A DNA stretch of 64,000 nucleotides from an uncultured virus (IMG/VR IMGVR_UViG_3300037466_001022) (taxonomy: Duplodnaviria; Heunggongvirae; Uroviricota; Caudoviricetes): the IMG/VR virus record IMGVR_UViG_3300037466_001022; one strand, 5' to 3'. The first letter of the stretch is position 1. Every line of letters begins with the position of its first letter. Positions 19,817 to 27,903 of this stretch are shown here, piece after piece. Position numbers and translations under genes: made by a program. A model generated the notes under the pieces. The model did no database searches. It saw nothing but the letters and a program-made list of their open reading frames with translations, and had not been told where the DNA came from.

Positions 19817-20268
19817 TGGTCGTTGAAGTTGAGCGAAAAATAGAGGACACCCGGGGGCGGTACCCGGCACCTCCACCACTAAACATTTGAGCCGAACGCA
19901 CACCCGTAGCGAAATTAGTTTCGATAAACTATCGGATGATTTTTTTAGAAACGGTTGGTCGCACGAAAGCTTTGATTACTTTGACTGAAGCTGATCATTG
20001 GGATTTATCGCCAATGTCCGACGGGGTCAAAGAATAGGCGGATTCCGGAATCACGTATGATCCCTAGTCAAATGTTTAGTTGTGGGGGTGAAATAGGATC
20101 GATCCATATATAATAGTGATACTGAGACTGTCGGGCAGATACTCCCGTAACAAGGTCAAAACACAAACGTTGCATCTAATGACAACGATGCATTGGATTT
20201 CGCACTAGCTGCGTAGCCAATGCTGGGTTTTGTTGGTTGTCCTCGAAACAGAATCAACCAACACTTTT
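19817..20268 (+). ncRNA. ssrA: circularly permuted two-piece tmRNA, alphaproteobacterial type
   Basis: acceptor piece: T-arm CCGGG-GGCGGUA-CCCGG then CACCUCC-A-CCA ending at 19878. Coding piece starts GGGGGUGAAAUAGGAUCGA at 20084, giving a 7-bp acceptor stem with G3.U70. Tag frame 20172-20216 reads ASNDNDALDFALAA*. 3' hairpin at 20231-20263. Outer ends are approximate. Confidence 0.92.
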
Positions 20269-20293
20269 AAAATCAACATATTTCGGTAATACA

Positions 20294-20857
20294 ATGATTA
20301 AACCAGTAAAAAGACGCAATAAGTTGGCAGTAAAGAAGCCCATCAAAAAGACTGTCAAAAAGAAGCTGTATATAACTGGTTTATCCAATAAAGATCGTTG
20401 GCAAGCTGAAACAATTATTCAAGATAGAAAATGGGAAAGATTGTCTGGCGGCGCATTTTCTTCAGTTTATACCAAGGATGATTTTCCTGATGTTGTTCTC
20501 AAACTGACACGTAAAGATCGTGGTTATGAACATTATGTGAAATTGGTTGAATCTAATAAGAGCGTTAAATACTTCCCCAGGATTCACAGGATCATCAAGA
20601 TTAAGGGTGGTAAAGGATACATCATTGAAAAACTTAGTAATAGCAAGCGCACCACAAATGTAGTGGATGCTTGCAGATCATATTTCTGGGATAAAGAAAA
20701 CCCACCTAAACTCCTATTGAAGTATCCTGGTCTTGTCGGAGCAATCGACAAGATGAGAAGGGTTGCTAATAAATCGAACTTGAATTTAGACATGCATAAT
20801 GGTAATCTTAGATGGCGAGGAGATGTTCCCGTAATCATAGACCCATTTGTAGGATGA
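20294..20857 (+). CDS. T7 gp0.7-like Ser/Thr protein kinase
   Basis: GGAFSSVY..VVLK..D.GY..FPRI..YIIEKL..DMHNGN..PVIIDP parallels the T7 0.7 kinase motifs (DMHSGN..PYITDP). Confidence 0.7.
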   Translation: MIKPVKRRNKLAVKKPIKKTVKKKLYITGLSNKDRWQAETIIQDRKWERLSGGAFSSVYTKDDFPDVVLKLTRKDRGYEHYVKLVESNKSVKYFPRIHRIIKIKGGKGYIIEKLSNSKRTTNVVDACRSYFWDKENPPKLLLKYPGLVGAIDKMRRVANKSNLNLDMHNGNLRWRGDVPVIIDPFVG

Positions 20858-21324
20858 TGAAATTTTTCAATCTGATCGTTGCCGTCTTATTATCCTTGTG
20901 TCAGGTGGCTCATGCTAGAGATTTCGGCAGGCAGCATGATTGTCTGTCTCGGATGATCTATCATGAAGCACGTGGTGAAGGATATAAAGGCGGCATGGCG
21001 GTTGCATTTGTCGTAATCAACCGAACAAAGTCGGGGTTGTTTCCTGACAACATCTGCGATGTAGTTGCGGAAAAGGGTGAATTCCCTGATTATCTTCATT
21101 GGCCAATCCATGAGAAAAAGGCATGGAATGATAGCCAAGGTATTGCATTAAATGCAATGGTAGAGTATAATAACGTCATTGATCCTACCCATGGTGCTCT
21201 ATATTTCCATTCTACCCGAGTTAAGGTATTTTGGAAGTCAACAAAGGTAATTACAATTGGTCACCATGAATTTTATCGGGTCAAGGGTACACCAATTTAC
21301 AACATGAAGCATAAAGAAAAATAA
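20854..21324 (+). CDS. SleB/Hydrolase_2 cell-wall hydrolase with signal peptide
   Basis: CLSRMIYHEARGE..AVAFVVINR..FP..IC.VV, DPTHGALYFH, IGHHEFY. Confidence 0.88.
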   Translation: MMKFFNLIVAVLLSLCQVAHARDFGRQHDCLSRMIYHEARGEGYKGGMAVAFVVINRTKSGLFPDNICDVVAEKGEFPDYLHWPIHEKKAWNDSQGIALNAMVEYNNVIDPTHGALYFHSTRVKVFWKSTKVITIGHHEFYRVKGTPIYNMKHKEK

Positions 21325-21326
21325 AA

Positions 21327-21638
21327 ATGGCTACATATACAAGAAGAACAAGAAAAAAGACCATTATCGATTCTCCAGTTGTTGCTAGTGAAAAAAAGTT
21401 TGCCTTTCGTATAAAGGGTTCCGCAAAGTGGATCAAGGTACCAGAAGCAATTCTTTTAGGTACAACTCCGGAAGCTATCTATTCTGTGAAGATCAACAAG
21501 ACAGAGAACAAGGAAGAAAGATTGGTTGCTGAAAATGCAAGCCAGGCTTTCTTCATTCTTGCTGTTTTCCGTTTCCTACAATCTAGCGCTTTGATGGACA
21601 ACAATGAAATCATTGAAACCATAGAAGTGGCGGCTTGA
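21327..21638 (+). CDS. hypothetical protein (paralog of 21640..21879)
   Basis: shares FRI...AE..SQAFF with the next ORF. Confidence 0.6.
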   Translation: MATYTRRTRKKTIIDSPVVASEKKFAFRIKGSAKWIKVPEAILLGTTPEAIYSVKINKTENKEERLVAENASQAFFILAVFRFLQSSALMDNNEIIETIEVAA

Positions 21639-21639
21639 T

Positions 21640-21879
21640 ATGTGGCGATTTCGTATTTCAGACATGAAGACAGACCCGCCCAGTGTCAAGGAAGCATGGT
21701 TGGCACCACCAACTATTAAGAAAGATGGGGCCTCGTGGGGATTCCATATCAGGATCACTGATGATCCAAAGGAAGCCTTGATTGCAGAAACAGAGAGTCA
21801 AGCTTTCTTCATGTTTGTTTCGGTCAAGGATTCTCTTGAGAATTTAGGTGTCGGTATTGCGGTAGAACCGGCGTCATGA
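21640..21879 (+). CDS. hypothetical protein
   Basis: ORF in operon. Confidence 0.6.
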   Translation: MWRFRISDMKTDPPSVKEAWLAPPTIKKDGASWGFHIRITDDPKEALIAETESQAFFMFVSVKDSLENLGVGIAVEPAS

Positions 21880-22112
21880 CCAGAATCGATAAGAAAAAGG
21901 AATCCAAGGAATTTTCTAGAGTTGTAGAATCGTTTGCCGCGAATAATAACATGACATTGATCGAAGCAATCTTGGAGCATTGTTCAAGAATTAAGATGGA
22001 AACCGAGGTTGCTGTCAAACTGATCACTCCACAACTAAAAAAGAAGATTCAACTTCAAGCAATGGCTTCCAATCAATTGAAAGCCAAGAAAAGCCGTGGC
22101 CTACCAATTTAG
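21876..22112 (+). CDS. gp33: late transcription coactivator (gp33)
   Basis: FSRVVE..IEAILEHC..E.E..KLI..LK.KI..A...N.LK....LPI; precedes gp59 and gp32. Confidence 0.8.
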   Translation: MTRIDKKKESKEFSRVVESFAANNNMTLIEAILEHCSRIKMETEVAVKLITPQLKKKIQLQAMASNQLKAKKSRGLPI

Positions 22113-22120
22113 GAGTTAAT

Positions 22121-22222
22121 ATGCTGCATTTAATGGGAATAGCATTCATCTTTGTATGCCTGGGTGTGGGAACACTTGGTTTTGTTGGCGCCATCGATAT
22201 TGCTAGAAAATGGTTTAGATAA
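22121..22222 (+). CDS. 33-aa single-TM peptide (below ORF-track cutoff)
   Basis: AGGAG RBS; MLHLMGIAFIFVCLGVGTLGFVGAIDIARKWFR. Confidence 0.6.
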   Translation: MLHLMGIAFIFVCLGVGTLGFVGAIDIARKWFR

Positions 22223-22227
22223 TATCT

Positions 22228-22869
22228 ATGGAATTAGATGGTTATGAAGCTTGTAAGTTGTTTATGGCACTTAAATTCCATTTTACAACTGACAAGTATG
22301 ATTTCCACAAATATAACGGTAACGTAAGACTGGACCAAGACACCTTTCGCGTCCGTAAGGATCGCTGGGTGTGCAATCGTCTAGCGAAAACCTATAATAC
22401 ACGCGAAGGCTTTATCAATTTCGCATCCACTGTCTTTGCTCATAGTGATATGCCAAAGAAATTGATAACCAACGATTTGCTTCATCCAAAGGCAGTAAAC
22501 GCCTTTGATAAGTCTAATCTCTTTGTAAACAACTTTGACATAGTATTTGACAATGAAATGGAAAATACCTTTGGACATTTGGTAGATATTGGTATGGGAA
22601 TCGTTCCTATAAATGGGGAAGAACCACCAATTTTTACATACCATAAACAAGAGCCAGACAAATTCTCTCTTGAATCTCTAACTGTGTTCAATAGAATTGT
22701 AAATTTCATTGGTATGAATGATCATCTCGTCACAGACGATTTGATCTATCCAATTACAAGAAATAAAGTCCTGAAATATGAATTGTTCCTGGTTTCTCGG
22801 ATCGATAATTACTATGACCGAGCGAAAGGAATAATCAAGAAGAAAGTGACTCGATTTCTTGACAAATGA
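22228..22869 (+). CDS. gp59: helicase loader (gp59)
   Basis: ALKFHFT..YDFHKYNG..F..RKD; synteny with gp33 and gp32. Confidence 0.85.
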   Translation: MELDGYEACKLFMALKFHFTTDKYDFHKYNGNVRLDQDTFRVRKDRWVCNRLAKTYNTREGFINFASTVFAHSDMPKKLITNDLLHPKAVNAFDKSNLFVNNFDIVFDNEMENTFGHLVDIGMGIVPINGEEPPIFTYHKQEPDKFSLESLTVFNRIVNFIGMNDHLVTDDLIYPITRNKVLKYELFLVSRIDNYYDRAKGIIKKKVTRFLDK

Positions 22870-22957
22870 TACCAAGTATGGTATAAGTAAGAGTGTGGTA
22901 ATGCTAAACAAACCAAACCATACCAAACATACAACGAATAATAAGGAATAATAAAAA

Positions 22958-23851
22958 ATGTCTAGCCTATCAAGTCTAAAAGCAACAATGTCCAATATCG
23001 ATTCCGTAGCTGATGAAATCGAAAAGTCGGACAAGAAGAAATTCACAAAGCCAGAAAAAGATCAGCGTTATTGGTCTCCAACGAGAGACGATGCAGGTAA
23101 CGGTTACGCGGTAATTCGTTTCCTCCCAACTCCTCAAGTAGATGGTTCAACAGGTAAGCTTTGGGTCCAGATTTGGGACCACGGTTTTCATGGTCCTCGC
23201 GGTAAGAAAGGTCCTTGGTATATTGAAAAGTCATTGACGACGATCAATCGTGCTGATCCTGTCAGTGAATATAACTCCAAGCTATGGAATTCTGGTGTAG
23301 AAGCAAACAAGGATATTGCTCGTGCCCAGAAGCGTCGTTTGAAGTATCATTCAAACATTCTGGTCATCAAGGACCCAGCAAATCCAGAAAACGAAGGTAA
23401 GGTATTTCTCTTCGCTTATGGTAAGAAGATTTTCGAGAAGCTTAAGGAAGCTATGAAGCCTTCTTTCCCGACCGATCCGAAATTCAATCCATTTGATTTC
23501 TGGGGTGGAGCAGACTTCAATCTGAAGGTTCGTATGGGAAGCAATGGCTATCCTACATATGAAAGCTCCTCATTCTCAAATCCATCAGAATTATTTGGTG
23601 GTGACGAGAAGCGTCTTTCAGAAATCTGGAAGCAAGAATATAGCTTGAATGATCTTCTTGATCCTAAGCATTTCAAGTCCTATGAAGACCTCAAGTCTTC
23701 TTTGGAGCGTGTTCTTGAGTTGACTCAAACTAGTGATCATCACTCAACCGACGCTAATGTCCAACCGACAACTAAGGCTCCAGATGTTCTTAGTGTGACT
23801 TCCACCAAGGATGCTTCACTGAAGACCTTTGAGGAATTGTTGAGAGACTAA
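22958..23851 (+). CDS. gp32: single-stranded DNA-binding protein (gp32)
   Basis: GNGYAVIRFLP, WYIEKSLTT, EGKVFLFAYGKKIF, PFDFW.GA.F. Confidence 0.95.
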   Translation: MSSLSSLKATMSNIDSVADEIEKSDKKKFTKPEKDQRYWSPTRDDAGNGYAVIRFLPTPQVDGSTGKLWVQIWDHGFHGPRGKKGPWYIEKSLTTINRADPVSEYNSKLWNSGVEANKDIARAQKRRLKYHSNILVIKDPANPENEGKVFLFAYGKKIFEKLKEAMKPSFPTDPKFNPFDFWGGADFNLKVRMGSNGYPTYESSSFSNPSELFGGDEKRLSEIWKQEYSLNDLLDPKHFKSYEDLKSSLERVLELTQTSDHHSTDANVQPTTKAPDVLSVTSTKDASLKTFEELLRD

Positions 23852-23852
23852 A

Positions 23853-24158
23853 ATGGGTAACCATTCAGTTGGTCGTGCTCTAGCGGCAGCAGCAGAGGGT
23901 TTCTGGGAGGGGCGTGAAAACGCCACCCAGGAACAAGCTCTTCGGTTCCTTGATAAGGTTGCTGAACCTTGGATCAGTGCGGATGCAGAATTCGATGATG
24001 AATTGAATGACGGTGAAAGCACCGCTCTAGGTCGCCTTGTTGCATTAGCAATGGGTTCAACCAAAGAAGAATTGAATGCCGAAGAAGGTGACGATTATAC
24101 ATCACCTTGGTTTGATGGACCTTATCAGAGATTTCAAAATCGATATAAATTTTGCTAA
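23853..24158 (+). CDS. hypothetical acidic protein
   Basis: ORF between gp32 and a terminator. Confidence 0.6.
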   Translation: MGNHSVGRALAAAAEGFWEGRENATQEQALRFLDKVAEPWISADAEFDDELNDGESTALGRLVALAMGSTKEELNAEEGDDYTSPWFDGPYQRFQNRYKFC

Positions 24159-24159
24159 G

Positions 24160-24187
24160 GAAAAGCGGGAAGAAATTCCCGCTTTTC
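24160..24187. terminator. bidirectional terminator between convergent blocks
   Basis: GAAAAGCGGGAA-gaaa-TTCCCGCTTTTC. Confidence 0.85.
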
Positions 24188-24193
24188 TATTGT

Positions 24194-26881
24194 CTACCCA
24201 TTGGGTCGTAACATATCCCTTTGTTGAAAGGCACTAGATTGATCCAGCTTTGATAGATTTGGATCACGGATATGTATCTGATTGATAGATGGAGTTATTG
24301 TGCTACTATGATCGATCTTCGCGCCCAACTGGGTCAAACCGCCCATAATAGAGCTTGTCAACGATGACATGGCTTGTCCGAAACTACCCATCAACGTATT
24401 GTTGTTAGTTGTCATTTGCTGAGTAAGCGGATCGAAATTTGGTTGTTGTGGAAACGTAGGTGGTGTTAGAACTCCAGGAATATTCATCCTTGTATTCATA
24501 CCAATCATATCAGGAAGATTGATTCTTCCTTGAACACCAGCAGGTGAATTGAAGATACGATTGACAATATTAGTCAAACCACCCTTTCCGCCAGGTGAAG
24601 CATCTGCCAATAATTGCATTGGGTTAATACCACCAATAGTAGACATCCCTGGTAGAGAAAATGGATGTAGTTTACCTTGACGGAGATTACCAGATTGATT
24701 CAACAAATACTGGAACAAATTCATTGTCGGTGAAACCGGTGTATTATTATAACCACCAGGAAATGGTCTATTGCCAGCACTAACAACAGGGGAACCATAA
24801 TTATTGGTTACTGGTCCGCCGTAGGTTGTTGGTACAGCGGATGCATATCCAGTAGAGATAGAAGGTGGGGCAACAGCGCCGCCCGCAGCGGTAACCCCAC
24901 CTCCTTGTTGCCCGCCACTGGCGGGATTAGGAGTAGGAGTCAAATTCTGTGCAACTTCTGTATTTTGGTTTGGGGTTGGTGCATTTTCATTACCTCCCAT
25001 AAACTGTTGTGCGTATTGGATTCGTCTACTTCTGTGTTCACCAGACGATCTTTCATAGAATTGGTCAACAACCGAAGCAGCCTGTCCGGCGTCAGTTGTG
25101 TTCTTTAATATATTGCCAGCACGTTGTTCTTGTCCTTCTGTCAATTCATAATGGACAAAATTCAACTGTTCTTCGAATGTAGAATTTCGAATGTCTTTAC
25201 CATAAATTTGCTTGAAAACGGCCTGCCTATCAGGATGCCATTGTGCAATACCATAAGCTTGACCATTATCCCCAATAGCATTGGTACGAAAATTAGATTC
25301 TACCATAAGGTTGCCAGCAATACCGGCAGCTTGCGGGCGTGTCCAGCCTTTAGAGACTAGAATCTGAATTGCTTGACTCTGTGATCCTTTTTCTCGGACC
25401 GATTGTTGATATTGTTCTGCACCTGGTGCGGCTCCACGATCTCCGACGCCTGGTGCTGGCTTTTGATTCGGATTAACACTTGGATTAATGACGTTGTTGG
25501 AACCAACTGCCGATTGTGCTGGTACAGGTCGTGATGTAGGCGCAGGTGTTATTTTACCAGGGCCTGGTGAGGATGCCGCCTCTGTTGGGATTGTAGCTGG
25601 TGTATTTGGGTGCAACATGTCGGGAGAAACATTTGGTTGACCTTGTTGTCTTTCTCCCATGGCATTTGAACTTGGAGTATCAAGTTTACCCATACGAGCC
25701 ATAGGTGTGAAACCAAATAATTTCAATACCGGATTGATCAGATTGTCGATCAACATATTCCCATAGTTCTGAAGAATAGTCTTTATGAGAGACATTGCAC
25801 CAGAAATCATGCCAATAATTCCCATAGTAAGATAGACGATTCTCATGACAATCGATGGCTCGTCGTCCTTACCTTGCTTTCTTTTCGGTACTCTTGGTTT
25901 CTTTGGTTTCCTGAATGTGACTTTACCGTTCACAGTCCTCATTTGAGGATAGGGGCCGACGTTTCCAGTGAAAGCTGCTGGCAGGTTTCCTGGATTGAAA
26001 GCTCGTCCTCGATATTGACTTCCTCCATTTCCACCAGATGTTCTAGCAAAATTTGGTTTCTGTCTGAATTGAAAACGTGAAAATGGATCGGACCTTCTAG
26101 CCTTGCGTGCGTATCCACCTTCATCACGGTTATCGTTTGCTGGGTCCAATTTTTGATTGACGTTCTTGAAAGGCCTCTTGGCATTAGCCAAGTGCTTATC
26201 GCGTAATGCCCTCAATTCATCCTGAGTTGGTTCGGCATGATTTTCATTAGCAGGGCGAGGCTTCGTTGTCCCCTGATAGTGATGAGAAGGATTACCATGG
26301 AGATGTTTGCCGCGTTCAGCAAGCAATTCTTCTTGAGTTGGTTCAGGTACATTGTCATTCAATGCTTCCTGTTGCATCTTGCGAATCTTGGCTTCTTTTT
26401 TCCTATCCCTTAACTCACGATTTTGGATATTTTTTAATACAGCCTCGGATATCTTTTTCTTGATACGTTGATCTTGCTTTTCACGTTGTTCAATAGCTGC
26501 CTGAATCTTCTTTTGATCTGTTGTACCAAGATCATCAATCGGGTCATTGTAGAATTCATCAATTCTTGGTCGTCTTTCATGTGGCTTCCTATTGTGATCA
26601 CGTGGACCACGTGATCCCTCTCTTCTAGGGGAAACCAGTTCTTCTACATCATCAGTCTTGTTTGGTGGAAATAGCTTGTCAGCTTCCTTGCGATAAGGGT
26701 CCTTTGGAGTAAAACGCCCATACTGATCTCTTCCACCAACATTAGGTGGTAGATTGTCAATTGGGTTTTTTGTTGCCTTTCTTGCCGCTTTATATAATGT
26801 AGATTGAGACTTGTCGCGTGGTACAAATCTGCCAGTTTTCTTGTCGCGCGGTAAATTAGGACCAGGTTTCTTTGGAGCCAT
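24194..26881 (-). CDS. tape-measure/baseplate-hub-like protein with phage tail lysozyme domain
   Basis: follows gp26/gp51; hydrophobic segment; AAGIAGNLMVES..GDNGQAYGIAQWH..R lysozyme-like motif. Confidence 0.7.
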   Translation of the reverse strand: MAPKKPGPNLPRDKKTGRFVPRDKSQSTLYKAARKATKNPIDNLPPNVGGRDQYGRFTPKDPYRKEADKLFPPNKTDDVEELVSPRREGSRGPRDHNRKPHERRPRIDEFYNDPIDDLGTTDQKKIQAAIEQREKQDQRIKKKISEAVLKNIQNRELRDRKKEAKIRKMQQEALNDNVPEPTQEELLAERGKHLHGNPSHHYQGTTKPRPANENHAEPTQDELRALRDKHLANAKRPFKNVNQKLDPANDNRDEGGYARKARRSDPFSRFQFRQKPNFARTSGGNGGSQYRGRAFNPGNLPAAFTGNVGPYPQMRTVNGKVTFRKPKKPRVPKRKQGKDDEPSIVMRIVYLTMGIIGMISGAMSLIKTILQNYGNMLIDNLINPVLKLFGFTPMARMGKLDTPSSNAMGERQQGQPNVSPDMLHPNTPATIPTEAASSPGPGKITPAPTSRPVPAQSAVGSNNVINPSVNPNQKPAPGVGDRGAAPGAEQYQQSVREKGSQSQAIQILVSKGWTRPQAAGIAGNLMVESNFRTNAIGDNGQAYGIAQWHPDRQAVFKQIYGKDIRNSTFEEQLNFVHYELTEGQEQRAGNILKNTTDAGQAASVVDQFYERSSGEHRSRRIQYAQQFMGGNENAPTPNQNTEVAQNLTPTPNPASGGQQGGGVTAAGGAVAPPSISTGYASAVPTTYGGPVTNNYGSPVVSAGNRPFPGGYNNTPVSPTMNLFQYLLNQSGNLRQGKLHPFSLPGMSTIGGINPMQLLADASPGGKGGLTNIVNRIFNSPAGVQGRINLPDMIGMNTRMNIPGVLTPPTFPQQPNFDPLTQQMTTNNNTLMGSFGQAMSSLTSSIMGGLTQLGAKIDHSSTITPSINQIHIRDPNLSKLDQSSAFQQRDMLRPNG

Positions 26882-26882
26882 T

Positions 26883-27119
26883 TTACTTTCTTATAGCAGG
26901 GTGAATTGATGGAACTACCCTACGTTTCTGTGCTTCTTGTTGCTTGATCTTGTTGCGTTCTTCCTTCAAATGGGATGCCAACATATTAACATAGATATCA
27001 TATTCATAACGAACCATATTCTCTAGTTCCGTCAACGAGTATTTATGGTGTTGCACTAAAGCAAAGTTGGTCTGGTAATAGTTGTTGAGATTATCATGAT
27101 ATAAGCTTAGACGAAAAAA
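26883..27119 (-). CDS. gp51: gp51-like baseplate hub assembly protein frame, probably reached by -1 frameshift from gp26
   Basis: translates as ...LSLYHDNLNNYYQTNFALVQHHKYSLTELENMVRYEYDIYVNML...IRK*; absent from the ORF track. Confidence 0.75.
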   Translation of the reverse strand, partial: FFRLSLYHDNLNNYYQTNFALVQHHKYSLTELENMVRYEYDIYVNMLASHLKEERNKIKQQEAQKRRVVPSIHPAIRK

Positions 27120-27886
27120 CTTTCCAGTCCCTCCAGGACGATTCCCTGTTCAAAAGCACATTTCTTGCATTTGAAGTGGGATTTGATCACAATTCTTGGG
27201 GTTTTCTCCAAATATTCATCACGAATCTTGATGAAATTTTCCTCGGTCAAATCTTCAAGCCAATCAATAGCTTCTTGTTTGCTGAAATCTTTCTGTGTCA
27301 AAACACCTTCCTGAGTAATTACCTTTTCCATCAAACCAGAAAGATACTCGATTGAAAGGTCAAACAATTGGTCTCCGGTCAGGTTTTCAACCGAACTTCT
27401 ATTGGCAAATTCTTCCAGATATTCAAAAGAAGGATATTTGAAGGTGACGATGATACCATCACTAAGCTTGATGTTGCGGTTATGACCTTCTGGAACATCA
27501 AGTTCCATTTTTGTAAAATCTACAGGAACAGTAACTTTTGCGCCACATGGTTTTACAACACCATCTTGGTCATATTCATTGTTACAGGTATATTCGATTT
27601 CCTGAACTTCACCAATCGATCTTGCCCTGAGCGTCAAGAATAGAAACTGAGTGTCGAAATGGGGGAGATTGGCAACAAATTCCTCATTAAAATCAGGATT
27701 TAAAGAACAATCGACAATGACACGTTTGATTGCTTTTGAGTATTCAAGCTTGTCATTGCTGTAATTTGCCATCAACAAAAGCTTTTCCTCTTTCATCACG
27801 AAAGGTCTGAAGCGATAGATCCTTTTTGGATCTGATGGAAGTTGGACGTCATAATGTGGAAGGCTAATCTTCGGAAGTAGAGACAT
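27107..27886 (-). CDS. gp26: baseplate hub assembly chaperone (gp26)
   Basis: LPKI..P.Y...LPS, FRPFVMKEEKLLLMA, LRARSIGE, C-terminal LEGLESFF. Confidence 0.88.
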   Translation of the reverse strand: MSLLPKISLPHYDVQLPSDPKRIYRFRPFVMKEEKLLLMANYSNDKLEYSKAIKRVIVDCSLNPDFNEEFVANLPHFDTQFLFLTLRARSIGEVQEIEYTCNNEYDQDGVVKPCGAKVTVPVDFTKMELDVPEGHNRNIKLSDGIIVTFKYPSFEYLEEFANRSSVENLTGDQLFDLSIEYLSGLMEKVITQEGVLTQKDFSKQEAIDWLEDLTEENFIKIRDEYLEKTPRIVIKSHFKCKKCAFEQGIVLEGLESFFV

Positions 27887-27903
27887 TATCTAATTAAACT
27901 CCT

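Noticed and set aside
19845..19878. stand-alone tRNA gene
   Set aside because: Only a T-arm and the 3' acceptor strand are present; the matching 5' strand lies downstream at 20084, so this is the permuted tmRNA.
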